This document shows positions 38,063-49,615 of a stretch of DNA of 64,000 bases, piece after piece. Position numbers and translations under genes: made by a program. Positions within the stretch are counted from its first letter, which is position 1. Each line of letters begins with the position of its first letter. The notes under the pieces are model-generated. The model was not told the origin of the DNA and made no database searches. It was given only the letters and a program-made list of their open reading frames with translations. Origin of the DNA: Octopus sinensis (Eukaryota); the NCBI RefSeq assembly GCF_006345805.1, contig NC_042998.1, forward strand, positions 207,204,001-207,268,000, written 5' to 3'.

Positions 38063-38400
38063 TGGGCGAAATGCTTAGCGGTATTTCGTCTGCCATTACG
38101 CTCTGAGTTCAAATTCCACCGAGGTCAACTTTGCCTTTCAGCCTTTTGGGGGTCGATAAAGTAAGTACCAGTTACGCACTGGGGTCGATGTAATCGACTT
38201 AATCCGTTAGTCTGTCCTTGTTTGTGCTCTCTGTGTTTAGCCCCTTGTGGGTAGTAAAGAAATAGGTATTTCGTCTGTCTTTACGTTCCGAGTTCAAATT
38301 CCGCCGAGGCCGACTTCGCCTTTCAGCCTTTCGGGGTCGATAAATTAAGTACCAGTTGCATACCGGGGTCGATCTTATCGATCGGCTCCCTTCCCCTAAA
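38063..38400 (+). mobile_element. Family F SINE with tandemly repeated central/3' part
   Basis: gagttcaaattccaccgaggtcaactttgcctttcagccttt.ggggtcgataaa.taagtaccag occurs twice (~38105 and ~38290). Confidence 0.75.
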
Positions 38401-40013
38401 TTTCAGGCCTTGTGCCTATAGCAGAAAGGATGAGTTAAGACGGTAGGATGAATTTGAGAGAAATCTGACTGCTGTTTCTAGCGACTGCTATAAGTAGATA
38501 GGAGTTATTTCCCTTGCTAATCAACAGCTCATATGAATATTTTTTTTTTCTCTATCAACCCCTACTGTAAAACCTTAGTCTTTTCACCATAAACCCTATT
38601 TCAGGGACCCTGAAGATAATTTCAGAAGATATTTTTTCAAGAAATTAATTACTGAATCACTCAAATATCCAATCAATTTCCAACATAAATTTAACCGGTT
38701 TTAAATTAAATGCAGGCAAAAGTTTTGTGGTTTATTTTGAATTAGGGTCCCTTTCGTTTATTTCTTTAATACCTTGAACGGAAAGGAATGAACGACACCA
38801 CATCTCATTTTTTTTGGTCATATTTAAATAATTTAACCCTTCGGCGGAGTTTTGGAATAGCTCACCCACACGTTCACTTTTCTCCGTTTTGATGGGGGTT
38901 TATCATCATTTTATTTCCACCACGCACTTGATAGGGCCTTTATATATATACTCTTTTACTTGTTTCAGTCATTTGACTGTGGCCATGCTGGAGCACCGCC
39001 TTTAGTCGAGCAAATCGACCCCGGGACTTATTCTTTGTAAGCCCAGTACTTATTCTATCAGTCTCTTTTGCCGAACCGCTAAGTGACGGAGACGTAAACA
39101 CACCAGCATCGGTTGTCAAGCAATGCTAGGGGGACAAACACAGACACACATACATACATACATATATATATATATACGACAGTTTCCGTCTACCAAATCC
39201 ACTCACAAGGCATTGGTCTGCCCGGGGCTATAGCAGAAGACACTTGCCCAAGATGCCACGCAGTGGGACTGAACCCGGAACCATGTGGTTGGTTAGCAAG
39301 CTACTTACCACACGGCCATATATATATATATAATTTTAAAGATGATTCCCATCTTTCCCCACGGGGTCCTTACAATGGATTTTTCGGTTTTCTTTTTTTG
39401 GCGAACCTTCGGTATATGTACCGGTCTAAGTACCGGATACATTTCAAGAAAGTGCTTTTTTTTTTTATATATATGGAGGGTTAGGGTTTGCGTTAGGGGT
39501 GGGAGAAAAGGGTTTCTGTTATATTCAGAAATGTAAACAAAGTCACGTGTGTACCAATACCGAAGCATCGCCATAATGGCGCCATAATTTTTGTTAAACA
39601 AAGTAAATAAAACACAAAGTAAGGATCGACTAGTCACGACTAGCTGGCGCGGATGCGCGACTATGCGAGTGCGCGCACCGGGACCACTGCGATACAAGTA
39701 CCATTTATATATATATATATAAAATTAATTAAAAATATTATTTCTCTGGAAGTTATGTGAAAACAAATTCGAGTTGGAGGGGAGGGGCACTTGTGTCGGT
39801 TTGTGATTTTTTTTTTTAAGTCTGTCCAATATTCTTTTGAAGTTCGTGGTGGAAAAAAAACAATTTGAAAAATCGCGGTGAAAACGGAGAAAAATGCAAT
39901 TTTGCGGATGCGATGAGAAGAAATAAAGCCTGATTGTTCTGTGGAATTGGTTTGGGACAAACACATTACGAAACTGAAGTTAAGCAGAAAATAAAGATTT
40001 AGTATATTGGTAC

Positions 40014-40124
40014 CTTCGGGTATATCACATTTTTAAATTCTTCACAAGAAATTCCACAAATGTATCGCAGTTCTTTGACCTTTGTCCTCCGATCGCAATT
40101 TTTGGAACCAGAAATTGATTCCAT
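40014..40124 (-). CDS. TYW5: TYW5 exon 1 (37 codons)
   Basis: MESISGSKNCDRRTKVKELRYICGISCEEFKNVIYPK|gtacca aligns to human (R)LEGVSREQFMQHLYPQ. There is an in-frame stop upstream and no earlier in-frame ATG; phase 0 fits exon 2. Confidence 0.85.
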
Positions 40125-40408
40125 CCCGAAACCAGAAATGCTTTCAGTATCTACACGGGTGTCAGGCCGGAATAGTCCCCCTTCGTATTTTATACCGGGA
40201 ACCTGAGGTTTAATTGATCTTTACACACCGTGCAAATAAATATTATAATTTGTAATTTGTATTTCGATAATTACTTCAGGTGATAAATATTAATAAAAGG
40301 TGTATTTTAATTTTCTGTTGATTAAAGAACGAGAACTGAACGACGGTATCTGTATAAAAGTCAGCCGTCAAGCGGTGCAAAACCTTGTTCCACCATCAAA
40401 CCGTAAGC
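40125..40408. promoter_or_regulatory. Bidirectional promoter region TYW5/MAIP1
   Basis: 284 bp between divergent ATGs; TATAAAA on minus (40188-40194) and plus (40353-40359) with an AT-rich core between them. Confidence 0.7.
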
Positions 40409-40891
40409 ATGGCAGCTTCAGGGCTGAGATATGTCCTTAATTACCACAAAAACTGTCTTTCCACCGCTTCGAACGTTATTCTTTCAATGTCCTTGCTTTC
40501 TAGGAAATACCTTCAAGCCAACAGGGTTAAGCTGATCCGGTTTTTGACCTTTCCGCATGCCCTGGTTAAAAGAAACCCAAGACCTTTGCCTCGACCTCTA
40601 CAGGTTCACGCTTCACACAATCATTATTGCAAGCAATTTCATTCTTCAACACATTCTTCTTTAATTCTCTCCAAGCAGCGAAATGCTGCCGTGGCCCGAC
40701 TTGGAACTCTTTTACACAGATCTTATCACGATGACAAATCGGATAAACCTTGTTTGAAATTAATGGATTTTCCTGAAATAATTTGGCCGAGTCCGATAAA
40801 ATCCTTCCGAAATTGGTGGTTTTCCAAATTAATTCAAGGATATTACGATCACAGCTTTTCCATAGATTCTTTCCTAACTGGCTCAGAACAG
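40409..40891 (+). CDS. MAIP1: m-AAA protease-interacting protein 1 (C2orf47), exon 1 (161 codons)
   Basis: Basic, acid-poor presequence-like N-terminus, then FRNWWFSKLIQGYYDHSFSIDSFLTGSEQ|gtgtgt, matching human LIWAYFDKEFSITEFSEGAKQ. Confidence 0.85.
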
Positions 40892-41829
40892 GTGTGTACT
40901 TATGAAAAATAAGGAAAAAATATTTATGATTTAACATTGAGCAAGTCATATTATACTTTTCTGAAGTTTGTTTATTTTATTTAATTTCTTTTTTCCCCCC
41001 GTGGTTTGAACTGAAAGGAAGGGAACTGTGCCCCTGGGTTTTGCTAGGCCCTTCCAGGCAGGTGAGAGAGATGCAGCTAAGTCGGAGGAGATGAAGCGAC
41101 TGTCGTAGAATTAAAAAAATACTGAGGGAAGAAACTATGTCTGTGGAACTAATGTGTTTGTGGGAGACTCGAGTGTTTTTAGGGGCAGATGGGGTATGTT
41201 TGTATGTATAGCAATTGCACTGCCCCAAATGAGGGACCAATATTCCGTTTTGGGTCTTGTTAGCAACTGTTGAGGGTGAAATTTTTTCGACTTTAAAGAG
41301 AATAGCTGGTCTCGGCTTAACTCGGTTGTCGAAATCTCTCTCGTCCCTCACGGAAACCAACCAAAACTTTCAAGAAAAACTGTTTATTTAATTATTAATT
41401 ATATCAAACATTGTCAGTATTTCTCAAATAAGTCGGTTTGTTAGAAACAATGCATGATATGAATTTAGCTCAACCCAGCTCTCCTATAGAATTTCTCTGC
41501 ATTAACGAATCAATGAATGAAAATCCCCCCCCCACCAACAATCGGTGTTTTTTTATCGAAGCTTTACGTAAATATTTAAACTGTCATGAGATATTTCGTT
41601 AATGTTATTGGCAAATGTTAGTTTCTTACATCCAAAACGAATTTCTGTGAGGGGGGAAATGTCATCAGTTGAACACCTGTCTGTATATTATTAATTTTAT
41701 CAACACTTGGGGAATGAAAACCAAGGTTGATGCCGTAATGATTAGCCATCATTAGCCAGGTGCCCTTTCTCTGTCCAGTGAGTGGCTTACTAATTATTTT
41801 CCAGTTCCCTCTGTTGTGCTGCATGCATA

Positions 41830-42240
41830 CAAACAGCCTGGCCCTTCTTTTCGCTCCATTCTTCAATGTTGTCCGTCAACAAACGTTTTTGATAGCCTCT
41901 CGCTCTTCCCGTCAACACAAAAAGGTGAACCGTGGTGCATTGTCTTTCCAAAACATGATAGCTTTGTGCACTTGATTCTCGATAATAGATACCTTTGCAC
42001 CTTTAGTTTTTTCAGTATTGCATTAGTTAACCTGTCTCTCCAGTTTATTCTGTCCAGTCTGCGAACGATCCACCTTCCAAAGGCTTCTATTTTCTTTTTT
42101 TTTTTTGCTCCATAACTGTGTACATTGTTCAAGTTTCTGCCCCGTTGAGGACAATTGGCATAATACAACTCTTTACTAGCCTCAGTTTTAGCTGCAGTGT
42201 CGGCGAAGATTTGTTTTCATTCTTAAATACTCTTCTAATG
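41830..42240 (-). mobile_element. Decayed RTE LINE C-terminal fragment
   Basis: LKLRLVKSCIMPIVL..KKIEAF.RWIVRRLDRINWRDRLTN..ILKKLKVQRYLLSRIK..KLSCFG. Confidence 0.7.
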
Positions 42241-42713
42241 ATATAAACTTAAAAAATACAAGTGACGGAACTGGCAAGGCACGACAAGATATTTAGTGAG
42301 AAGCTGTACAAATTCTATCTATACAGAAACATTTTAATAGAAAATTACCGATTCCATAAACGATGCAGTTGGAATATTGATTTTTTCGGAACTCTACATG
42401 GCTCCGACCGTTGAGCCGTTGAGAGTGAAATAGTATCTTGTCCTTAAAACAAAACGATAAGATAACAACAAATAGTCAGCTGTTTAGTGTTCTAGTGTTT
42501 GGGTCCTCCCCCGCGCGCTCTCTCTTTTCCTCTCTCTCTCTCAATTGTTTTATTGAAGCTGAAAAACTTCAAAAACAATTTGTGAAGTTTTTTTTAAACT
42601 CCAATGTTTTCGTGTACCACGAGTCTATATGAGTGATTCTCTCAAAGTAAATAACACAATATTTTGTGTTTTAACACATCCACGTTAAGTCCGAAATAAA
42701 AATTACTTTAGAG

Positions 42714-42981
42714 CAGAGGTTCTCAAACATTTTGGGCCACCGCCTCCCTCTTAGCCACATAATACCCTCGGCTCCTACCACCCCTATTTTTATGTATAAA
42801 TAAATATTTTATTTTTAACTAATTTATATATACTATGAATCATTTGGTATTTAATATATTACATAATTTGTATACAATACTATAATAATATCATAATAAA
42901 TTCATAGCGCTCCCCAATCCACGGCCTTCCTCCCGACACCTCCTCACCGGGGGGCTGTAGCGCCCACTTTGAGAACCTATG
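42714..42981. mobile_element. hAT (Charlie/MER5-like) MITE
   Basis: Termini cagaggttctcaaac ... tttgagaacctatg; no clear 8-bp TSD. Confidence 0.65.
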
Positions 42982-42994
42982 TTTTTGTTATGTA

Positions 42995-43452
42995 TTTGTC
43001 TGAATATTTTTTTTTATCATACCTAATGCACCTACTATGATAGGAATTGTTTCTGTTTTTAGATTCCACATTCGGGTTACCTCTATTTCCAGGTCTTTGT
43101 ATTTTGAAAGTTTCTCCATTTCTTTTAGAGAAACGTTGTCATCTGCTGGTATTGATACATCAATTACAAAGCCTTTTTTCTCTTCATGATCTCTGACAAC
43201 TATATCTGGCCTATTGGCCTTAATTTCTCTATCTGTGTGTATCGGCATATCCCAGAGTATGGTTGATTTCTCGTTTTCTGTGACCTTTTCTGGTGTGTGC
43301 CTATACCATCTTTTTTCTGTTGCTATTCCATAATGTTGGCATAGCTTCCAATGTATGTAGGTTCCAACTCTGTCATGTCTGTGAATATATTCCTTCTTAG
43401 CCAGGACTGGGCAGCTAGAGATAATATGATTTATTGTTTCTTCTCTATCTCC
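42995..43452 (-). mobile_element. Dong/R4-like non-LTR retrotransposon C-terminus (restriction-like endonuclease)
   Basis: ETINHIISSC (end of CCHC knuckle), RHD, ILWDMPIHTDREIKANRPDIVV...VIDVSIP..EKLSKY.DL (PD..D endonuclease). Confidence 0.8.
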
Positions 43453-44674
43453 ATATATTAATATCATCATCATTACTAATATTATTATTATTATCATTAG
43501 AGTGGTGGACTGGCATGAAAAAACGTTATGCAATATATTTTCCACAATTGTATTCCTAGTTCAAATTCTGTCACGGTTGACTTTGCCTTTCATCCTGTTG
43601 GGATTGATAAAATAAGCACCAGTTAAGCAGTGGCAGTTGAGTTAACTGGCTTGTACCCTCCCTTCAAAGTTGCTAGCCTTATCCCAAAACTTGAAAGATT
43701 ATTATTAATCATAATTATTATGATTTTTGTCGGAGTTTTCAAAAAGATCTAATCTCTAAAAAGACACAAAAATCTTTTCATAAACCACCAAGATCATCAT
43801 CATCATCATCGTTTAACATCCGTTTTCCATGGTGGCATGGATTGGATGGTTTGACTGAGGTCTGGAAAGCCAGCAGCTGCACCATGCCCCAATCTAATCT
43901 GGTAAGGTTTTCTACAGCTGGATGCCCTTCCTAATGCCAACCACTCCGAGAGTGTAGTGGGTGCTTTTTACGTGCCACTGTGGCAGGAGCCAGTCAGGTG
44001 AGCCTGGCACTGATTATGTTCAGGTAGTGCTTTTTACGTGTCCCCTTGAATCAGATACTTAGAATTGACTTCTTTAGTGGTCAGGGGCTAAAATCTCTGC
44101 CTAGGGAACGTCCCTCACCCAAACAAATGTCTGGTATCTGTTCCTCTCTGTTATGTGAACTGCAGTAACCTGCCAAGAGGTACCTCAAAATATCCAGAGC
44201 TTACAGTCTAACGCCTGATTTATTTGAAGCACCCCCCCCTTAAAAAAATTTTTTTTGCAATATTTCTTTTATATCACTTTAGCCATTTGGCATCCAGGTT
44301 ATTCTGTCAAATGTAATGCTTATTTATTCATATTGTTTTGAATTAATTATACATTATCACAGTGCTTTGAGATTTTGATAATGTGGTTCTTTAATTTTAG
44401 AATGACAGTAGGGTAGGTGTGAGAGGCTGGATCTGGCCAGTTTGGACATAAAACAGGCAGAATATTCGGGCCTGATGTGGTTGGTTAAAAAATGGGAAAT
44501 TTGTATCAAAACAGTGAGGGGCAGTCTTGGAGAGGTTGGTATCAAAAGGGTTAAACTGGATACAAAAATCTTAAAACAACCCCTCCTTTTTTTTTTTGTA
44601 ATCATCCAATTTCCATTAAACCAAGATGATGGACATAAATGAAGAATTCAATTTCTCAATTCTTTTAATTGCAG

Positions 44675-44746
44675 GCCATTAATTATGTTTCTAACTGTTT
44701 GGCAGAAGGAGATTTTGATGAGCTTCAACACATTGTGGAACCTGAA
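44675..44746 (+). CDS. MAIP1: MAIP1 exon 2 (72 nt)
   Basis: ttttaattgcag|GCC...GAA|gtaagt; AINYVSNCLAEGDFDELQHIVEPE vs human AFAHVSKLLSQCKFDLLEELVAKE. Confidence 0.9.
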
Positions 44747-45749
44747 GTAAGTAGTTCTTGTGATTTTTTTCTTCTTCATCATCGTTTAACGTCTGTTTTC
44801 CATGCTGGCATAGGTTGGAAGGTTCAACTGGGGTCTGGGAAGCCAGGAGGCTGCACCAGGTCCCAATCTGATCTGGCAATGTTTCTACAGCTGGATGCCC
44901 TTCCTAACGCCAACCATTCCGAGAGTGTAGTGGGTGCTTTTTATGTGCCACTGGCACAGGGGCCAGAGGAGCTGGCATCGACCATGATCAGATGGTGCTT
45001 TTTACTGACACGGAAGCCAGTCAAAGCAGCACTGACATAGGCCACATTCGGATGGTGCTTTTTCCATGCTACCGGCACAGGGGTCACAACTACAATTTCC
45101 ATTCGATTTGATTTTGATATTGATGTCGATGTACTTGACTCAATAGATCTCCTCACCATTTTTAAATTTTAAATTTAATGATTTTCTGAATGCAGACATG
45201 ACTGTAGGTAAGAAATTTACAACAAGATCTTAAGGTGGCTTTGGCCCCCTTCTTCAAGGGAGTTCATATGCAAGGTAGTTGACCTGGCTCCCCTCCCAAG
45301 TTGGCACAAGCAAGCTGGAGGATAATTGAGGATGTGGCTGGCCGACGTGCAAGCACAATCAGGCCCTATGTCTATAGTTTTTGGCAGTGGAGCCAGCAAT
45401 GGGTATCCATTACAGCCTCAACTGTGGCTTACTGTTGGATGTGGTCAGCATTTGTTTGTTCCTTCTCGAGCCATGTCTGGCTCATAAGGGCTGGTTTCCC
45501 GGTTTCCTTGGCGTATAGGTTCCCCACCTGGAGGGGATGCCGGTCCATTGCAGGTGAGCCTCAAGATGCTGGAGGAAAGAGTGAGAGAAAGTTGTGGCGA
45601 AAGAGTCAGCAGAAGTCAGCTGGAACCGCATGGAGCTTAGGTGTTTCACTCATAAAGACACACATCCCCCGGTCTGAGATTCGAACCCACGAAGATAAAG
45701 TTGGAAGAAATGCCTTTTAAACATTGTCCCCTGGCATGGTAAGCATCTT

Positions 45750-46465
45750 GAGAGAAAAGTTGGGCATAAGAGGCATCAGATGTGGTGTTCAAGAGAGAGG
45801 ACTGCACTGGTATGATGATGTATATGGATGAGGACAGCTGTGTAAAGAAGTGCTGATCTCTAACTGTGGAGGAAGCTTGTGGTAGAAGTAGACCCAGGAA
45901 GACACGGGACAAGGTGGTGAAGCATGATCTTTGAACTTTGGGCCTCACAGAGGCAATAACTAGTGACTGAGATCTTTCGTGAGATGCTATACTTAAGACC
46001 TATCAAGCCAAGTGAAATCATGGTCGTGGTTGATGCTGGTGTCACGTAACTGGCACCCGTGCCAGTGGCACATAAAAAGCACCTTTCAAGAATTGGGCCT
46101 CACGGAGGCAAAGTGGAGATGCTGATGGTATATGAAAAGCTCCTTTCAAGTGTTGGGCCTCATGGAGGCAATGACCAAGGAGACCTTTGGCATTATGTTG
46201 TGCTTGAGAAGAAGACCCATGAAGCCAAATAAAATTGTAGTCATGACAGATACTGGTGTCACGCAAATGGCACCCATACCGGTGGCACGTAAAAGCAGTC
46301 ATTATATTCTTGGAGTTGTTGGCATTAGGAAGGGCATCCAGTCATAGAAACTATGCTAAATCAACCTAGGGTCTGGTGCAGCCTTCCAGCTTATCAGCCC
46401 TGGTCAAACCGTCCAATCCATGCCAGCATGGACAATGGATGCTAAATGATGATGATGATGATGAT
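45750..46465 (+). mobile_element. RTE LINE 3' end with family-B 3' UTR and (GAT)n tail
   Basis: LREKLGIRGIRCGVQER.LHWY...MDEDSCVKKC..LTVEG.CGRSRPRKT.DKVVKHDL, continuing into the family B sequence. Confidence 0.8.
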
Positions 46466-48860
46466 TCTGTCAGCTCACCATCTTGTTTAGGATATAATTT
46501 TGCATGAAATTTTATTAAAACATTTTAAGTTAATTCATTTTAAAACAAGAAGTTTGCATCAAATGACCAGCAGCACTTTCAGGTAGGATGGTCTGAAAAG
46601 GGTTGTTGAGTAATGTAGTCACCTCTCATCATCATCATCGTTTAACATCTGCTTTCCATGCTACCATGGGTTGGATGGTTTGATTGAGGACTGGCGAACC
46701 AGATGGCTGCACCAGGCTCCAATCTTGATCTGGCAGTGTTTCTACAGCTGGATGCCCTTCCTAAGGCCAACCACTCTGAGAGTGTAGTGGGTGCTTTTAC
46801 GTGCCACCAGCACGGGGGCCAGTCAGGCGGTTCTGGCAACAGCCACGCTCAAATGGCCACACTCAAATGGTGTTTTTTATGTGCCACCTGCACAGGAGCC
46901 AGTCCAGCGGAACTGGCAATGACCTCGCTCTAATGTTTTTCACATGCCACTGGTACAGGTGCCAATGAGGTGATGCTGGTAAAAATTAGTTTGATGCCTT
47001 ATCTAATCTGAAGAAATAGTTAGAATGGTAATTCCACAGCTTCATAACAAATTGTACTTTATTATAAAGTACGATTTGTTACGAAACCGTGGAATTACCA
47101 TTCTGGACATTGGCGAAAATCATTTGTTTCAAGTCTGGGGAAAACTGGCAAAGGTCAATACATTCTGATAATTCAATGCCTACCATCTTGTCATTGGACT
47201 GTGGCCATGCTGGGGCACCACCTTCATGGGTTTAGTTGAACAAATCAGCCTTGATTGTCAAGCAGTGGTGAGAGGCATCTGCAAAGCTGAAGGTACACAC
47301 ACACACACACACACACACACATCTTTTATCCTGTTTCAGTCATTAGACTGCGACCATGCTGGGGCACCATCTTAAAGAGTTTTTAGTCAAATGACTTTAT
47401 TTTTTTGAGCTTGGTACTTATTCTGTCAGTTCCTTTTGCTGAACCACTAGGTTACATGGACATAACACTCCAAGGCCAGTTGTCAAGTAGTGGTAGAGGA
47501 CAAATGCTCTCACACACACACACACACACACGCGTATAAAAAGCACCTGGCCCCTTCTGAAAAGTGGTTGGCATTAGGAAAGGTATCCAGCCATAAAAAC
47601 CATTCCAAAGCAGACAGTGAAACTTAGTGCAGTCCTTTGGCTTGCCAGCCCCTATCAAACCGTCCAACCCATGACAACGATGGGCTTCTTTCAGTTTCTG
47701 TCTACCAAATCCACTCACAAGGCATCGGTCAGCCCATCGACTATAGTAGAAGACACTTGCCCAAGGTGCCACACAGTGGGTCTGAACCTGGAACCATGTG
47801 GTTGGGAAGCAAACTTATTACCACACAGCCACGTCTGTGCTGTTGGTCCATGCGTTCTAGATATATAATACCTTTGCTTCGCTTAGGGTCACTCTGCACT
47901 CTTAGACATGAAGGGGTGAATTCTACGGTGGACAATGTGATGATCTGGACCTTTACTCACTCCACTGTCCAGTCTATTTCTTTACTCCTGCAGTCTCCCA
48001 TTGTTGCCACAGTATGGATGGGACAATGTGGACTTGACTAGACTGTGATAGTTGCTCTTCCGTTGGTATTGCAGTTATTTAGCCCATGGTCAACCCGGTT
48101 TCAGGGGACTTATGATCAAAGGTTTTCCAGCTGTGACCAACCCATCTTCCTCCCTTCCCTGTCTTCATTTTCTTCAAACACTGTATCTAACACAACATCA
48201 TCAACTGTACATTATTTACATTTGATAGATATTTGCCCTCATCTTGTTTGTTGTTAATGCAACATTTCAACTGATATACCCTCCAGTCTTCATCAGGTGT
48301 CTTGGGGAAGTTTTGAACCTAGGCATATGGTGTAGGGGTTAAGAACGCAGGCTACTAACCCCAAGATCCCGAGTTCGATTCCAGGTAGTGACCTGAATAA
48401 TGATAATAATAATAATATCGAAAATAATAATAATAATATTGAAAAATGGTGTAGGCTCCTGCCCAGCCATCTCTTGTCCAACTGTCCAACCCATGCCAGC
48501 ATGTAAGGTGGACATTAAACGATGATCATCGTCATTGTTGTGATGGGGTTCATGAAATAGAAGAGTGCCAGGCAAAGATGGTAGTGTTGCTGAAATGGTA
48601 AAGTACCATTCTATCTGTGCTATTTAGAATGAATTCATTAGATTCTTAATCACACTTAATCCTTCCAGTGTTGGCTTTGTCTTCTCCCTCTCTCTATTCC
48701 CCCCTCTCTCACACACAGATGCACAAACTCTATGGATACTATGGAATTTCCGATGTATATCCAATAACTGGAGCATTTCCACTGTATGATGACGTCAGGT
48801 AGCCAATAACTCGGGATAAGCTTTGCGTAGCATTCTACAAGATTTTTACCTGAATCTTAT

Positions 48861-48894
<34 letters not shown>

Positions 48895-48904
<10 letters not shown>

Positions 48905-49361
48905 GAAGGTTTGAAAATGCAATTTTAAAAAATTTTTATTCACTTGACCGGTTTCACTTTTTTAGAAAAAGATTATCAAAAGTAAAATGTAAAACTTTGT
49001 AAAAGCTTTGTTGTGTTAAATAATGGTTGTCACAAAAGTATTAAAATACATATATACATTCTTTGATAATAATAAGAAATTGTTAAAAACAGTTTACAAG
49101 GAAAAATCTTGAGAAAATATTAAACAGAAATTTCAAAAATATATATTGGGATTTCATTAAAAATCATGTTTGTTTGGAAGTATCTATATATTGAGGAGTT
49201 TACAAAGAATTTGAGATCAGCTAACCTGTTTTAGCATTTTTTGACACAAACCGACTCAAAAGCTTTACATTTTACTTTTGACAATCTTTTCCTAAAAAAG
49301 TGAAACCAGTCAATGAATAAACATCTTTAAAATTACATTTTTAAACCTTCTTTCATATATA
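48895..49361. mobile_element. Inverted-repeat element (~110-bp arms, ~245-bp spacer), Penelope-like pLTR candidate
   Basis: 48895-49010 is the reverse complement of 49255-49361; each arm carries a hammerhead-like motif ending gaaacc(g/a)gtc. Confidence 0.65.
48942..48983 (-). ncRNA. Candidate minimal type-I hammerhead ribozyme (U3-A8 variant)
   Basis: actt-UUGAUAA-u-cuuuuu[cua]aaaaag-u-GAAAC-CG-GUC-aagu; stem I actt/aagt, palindromic stem III ACCGGU. Activity untested. Confidence 0.5.
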
Positions 49362-49397
49362 TTTCCACTCGTGCGGTACCTTACAATTTTACTTTGC

Positions 49398-49450
<53 letters not shown>

Positions 49451-49560
49451 TTAACGTTCAGCTGCCATGCTGGTATGAGCGAATGGTTTGGATAGTTCAA
49501 CAGGGTCTAACAAATCAGTGGTGAGTATGAATAAATGGCATGAGTGGAAGGCAACAGGCC

Positions 49561-49615
<55 letters not shown>

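Noticed and set aside
40385-40408. TTG-initiated N-terminal extension of MAIP1
   Set aside because: The first ATG (40409, gcATGg context) is the more plausible start.
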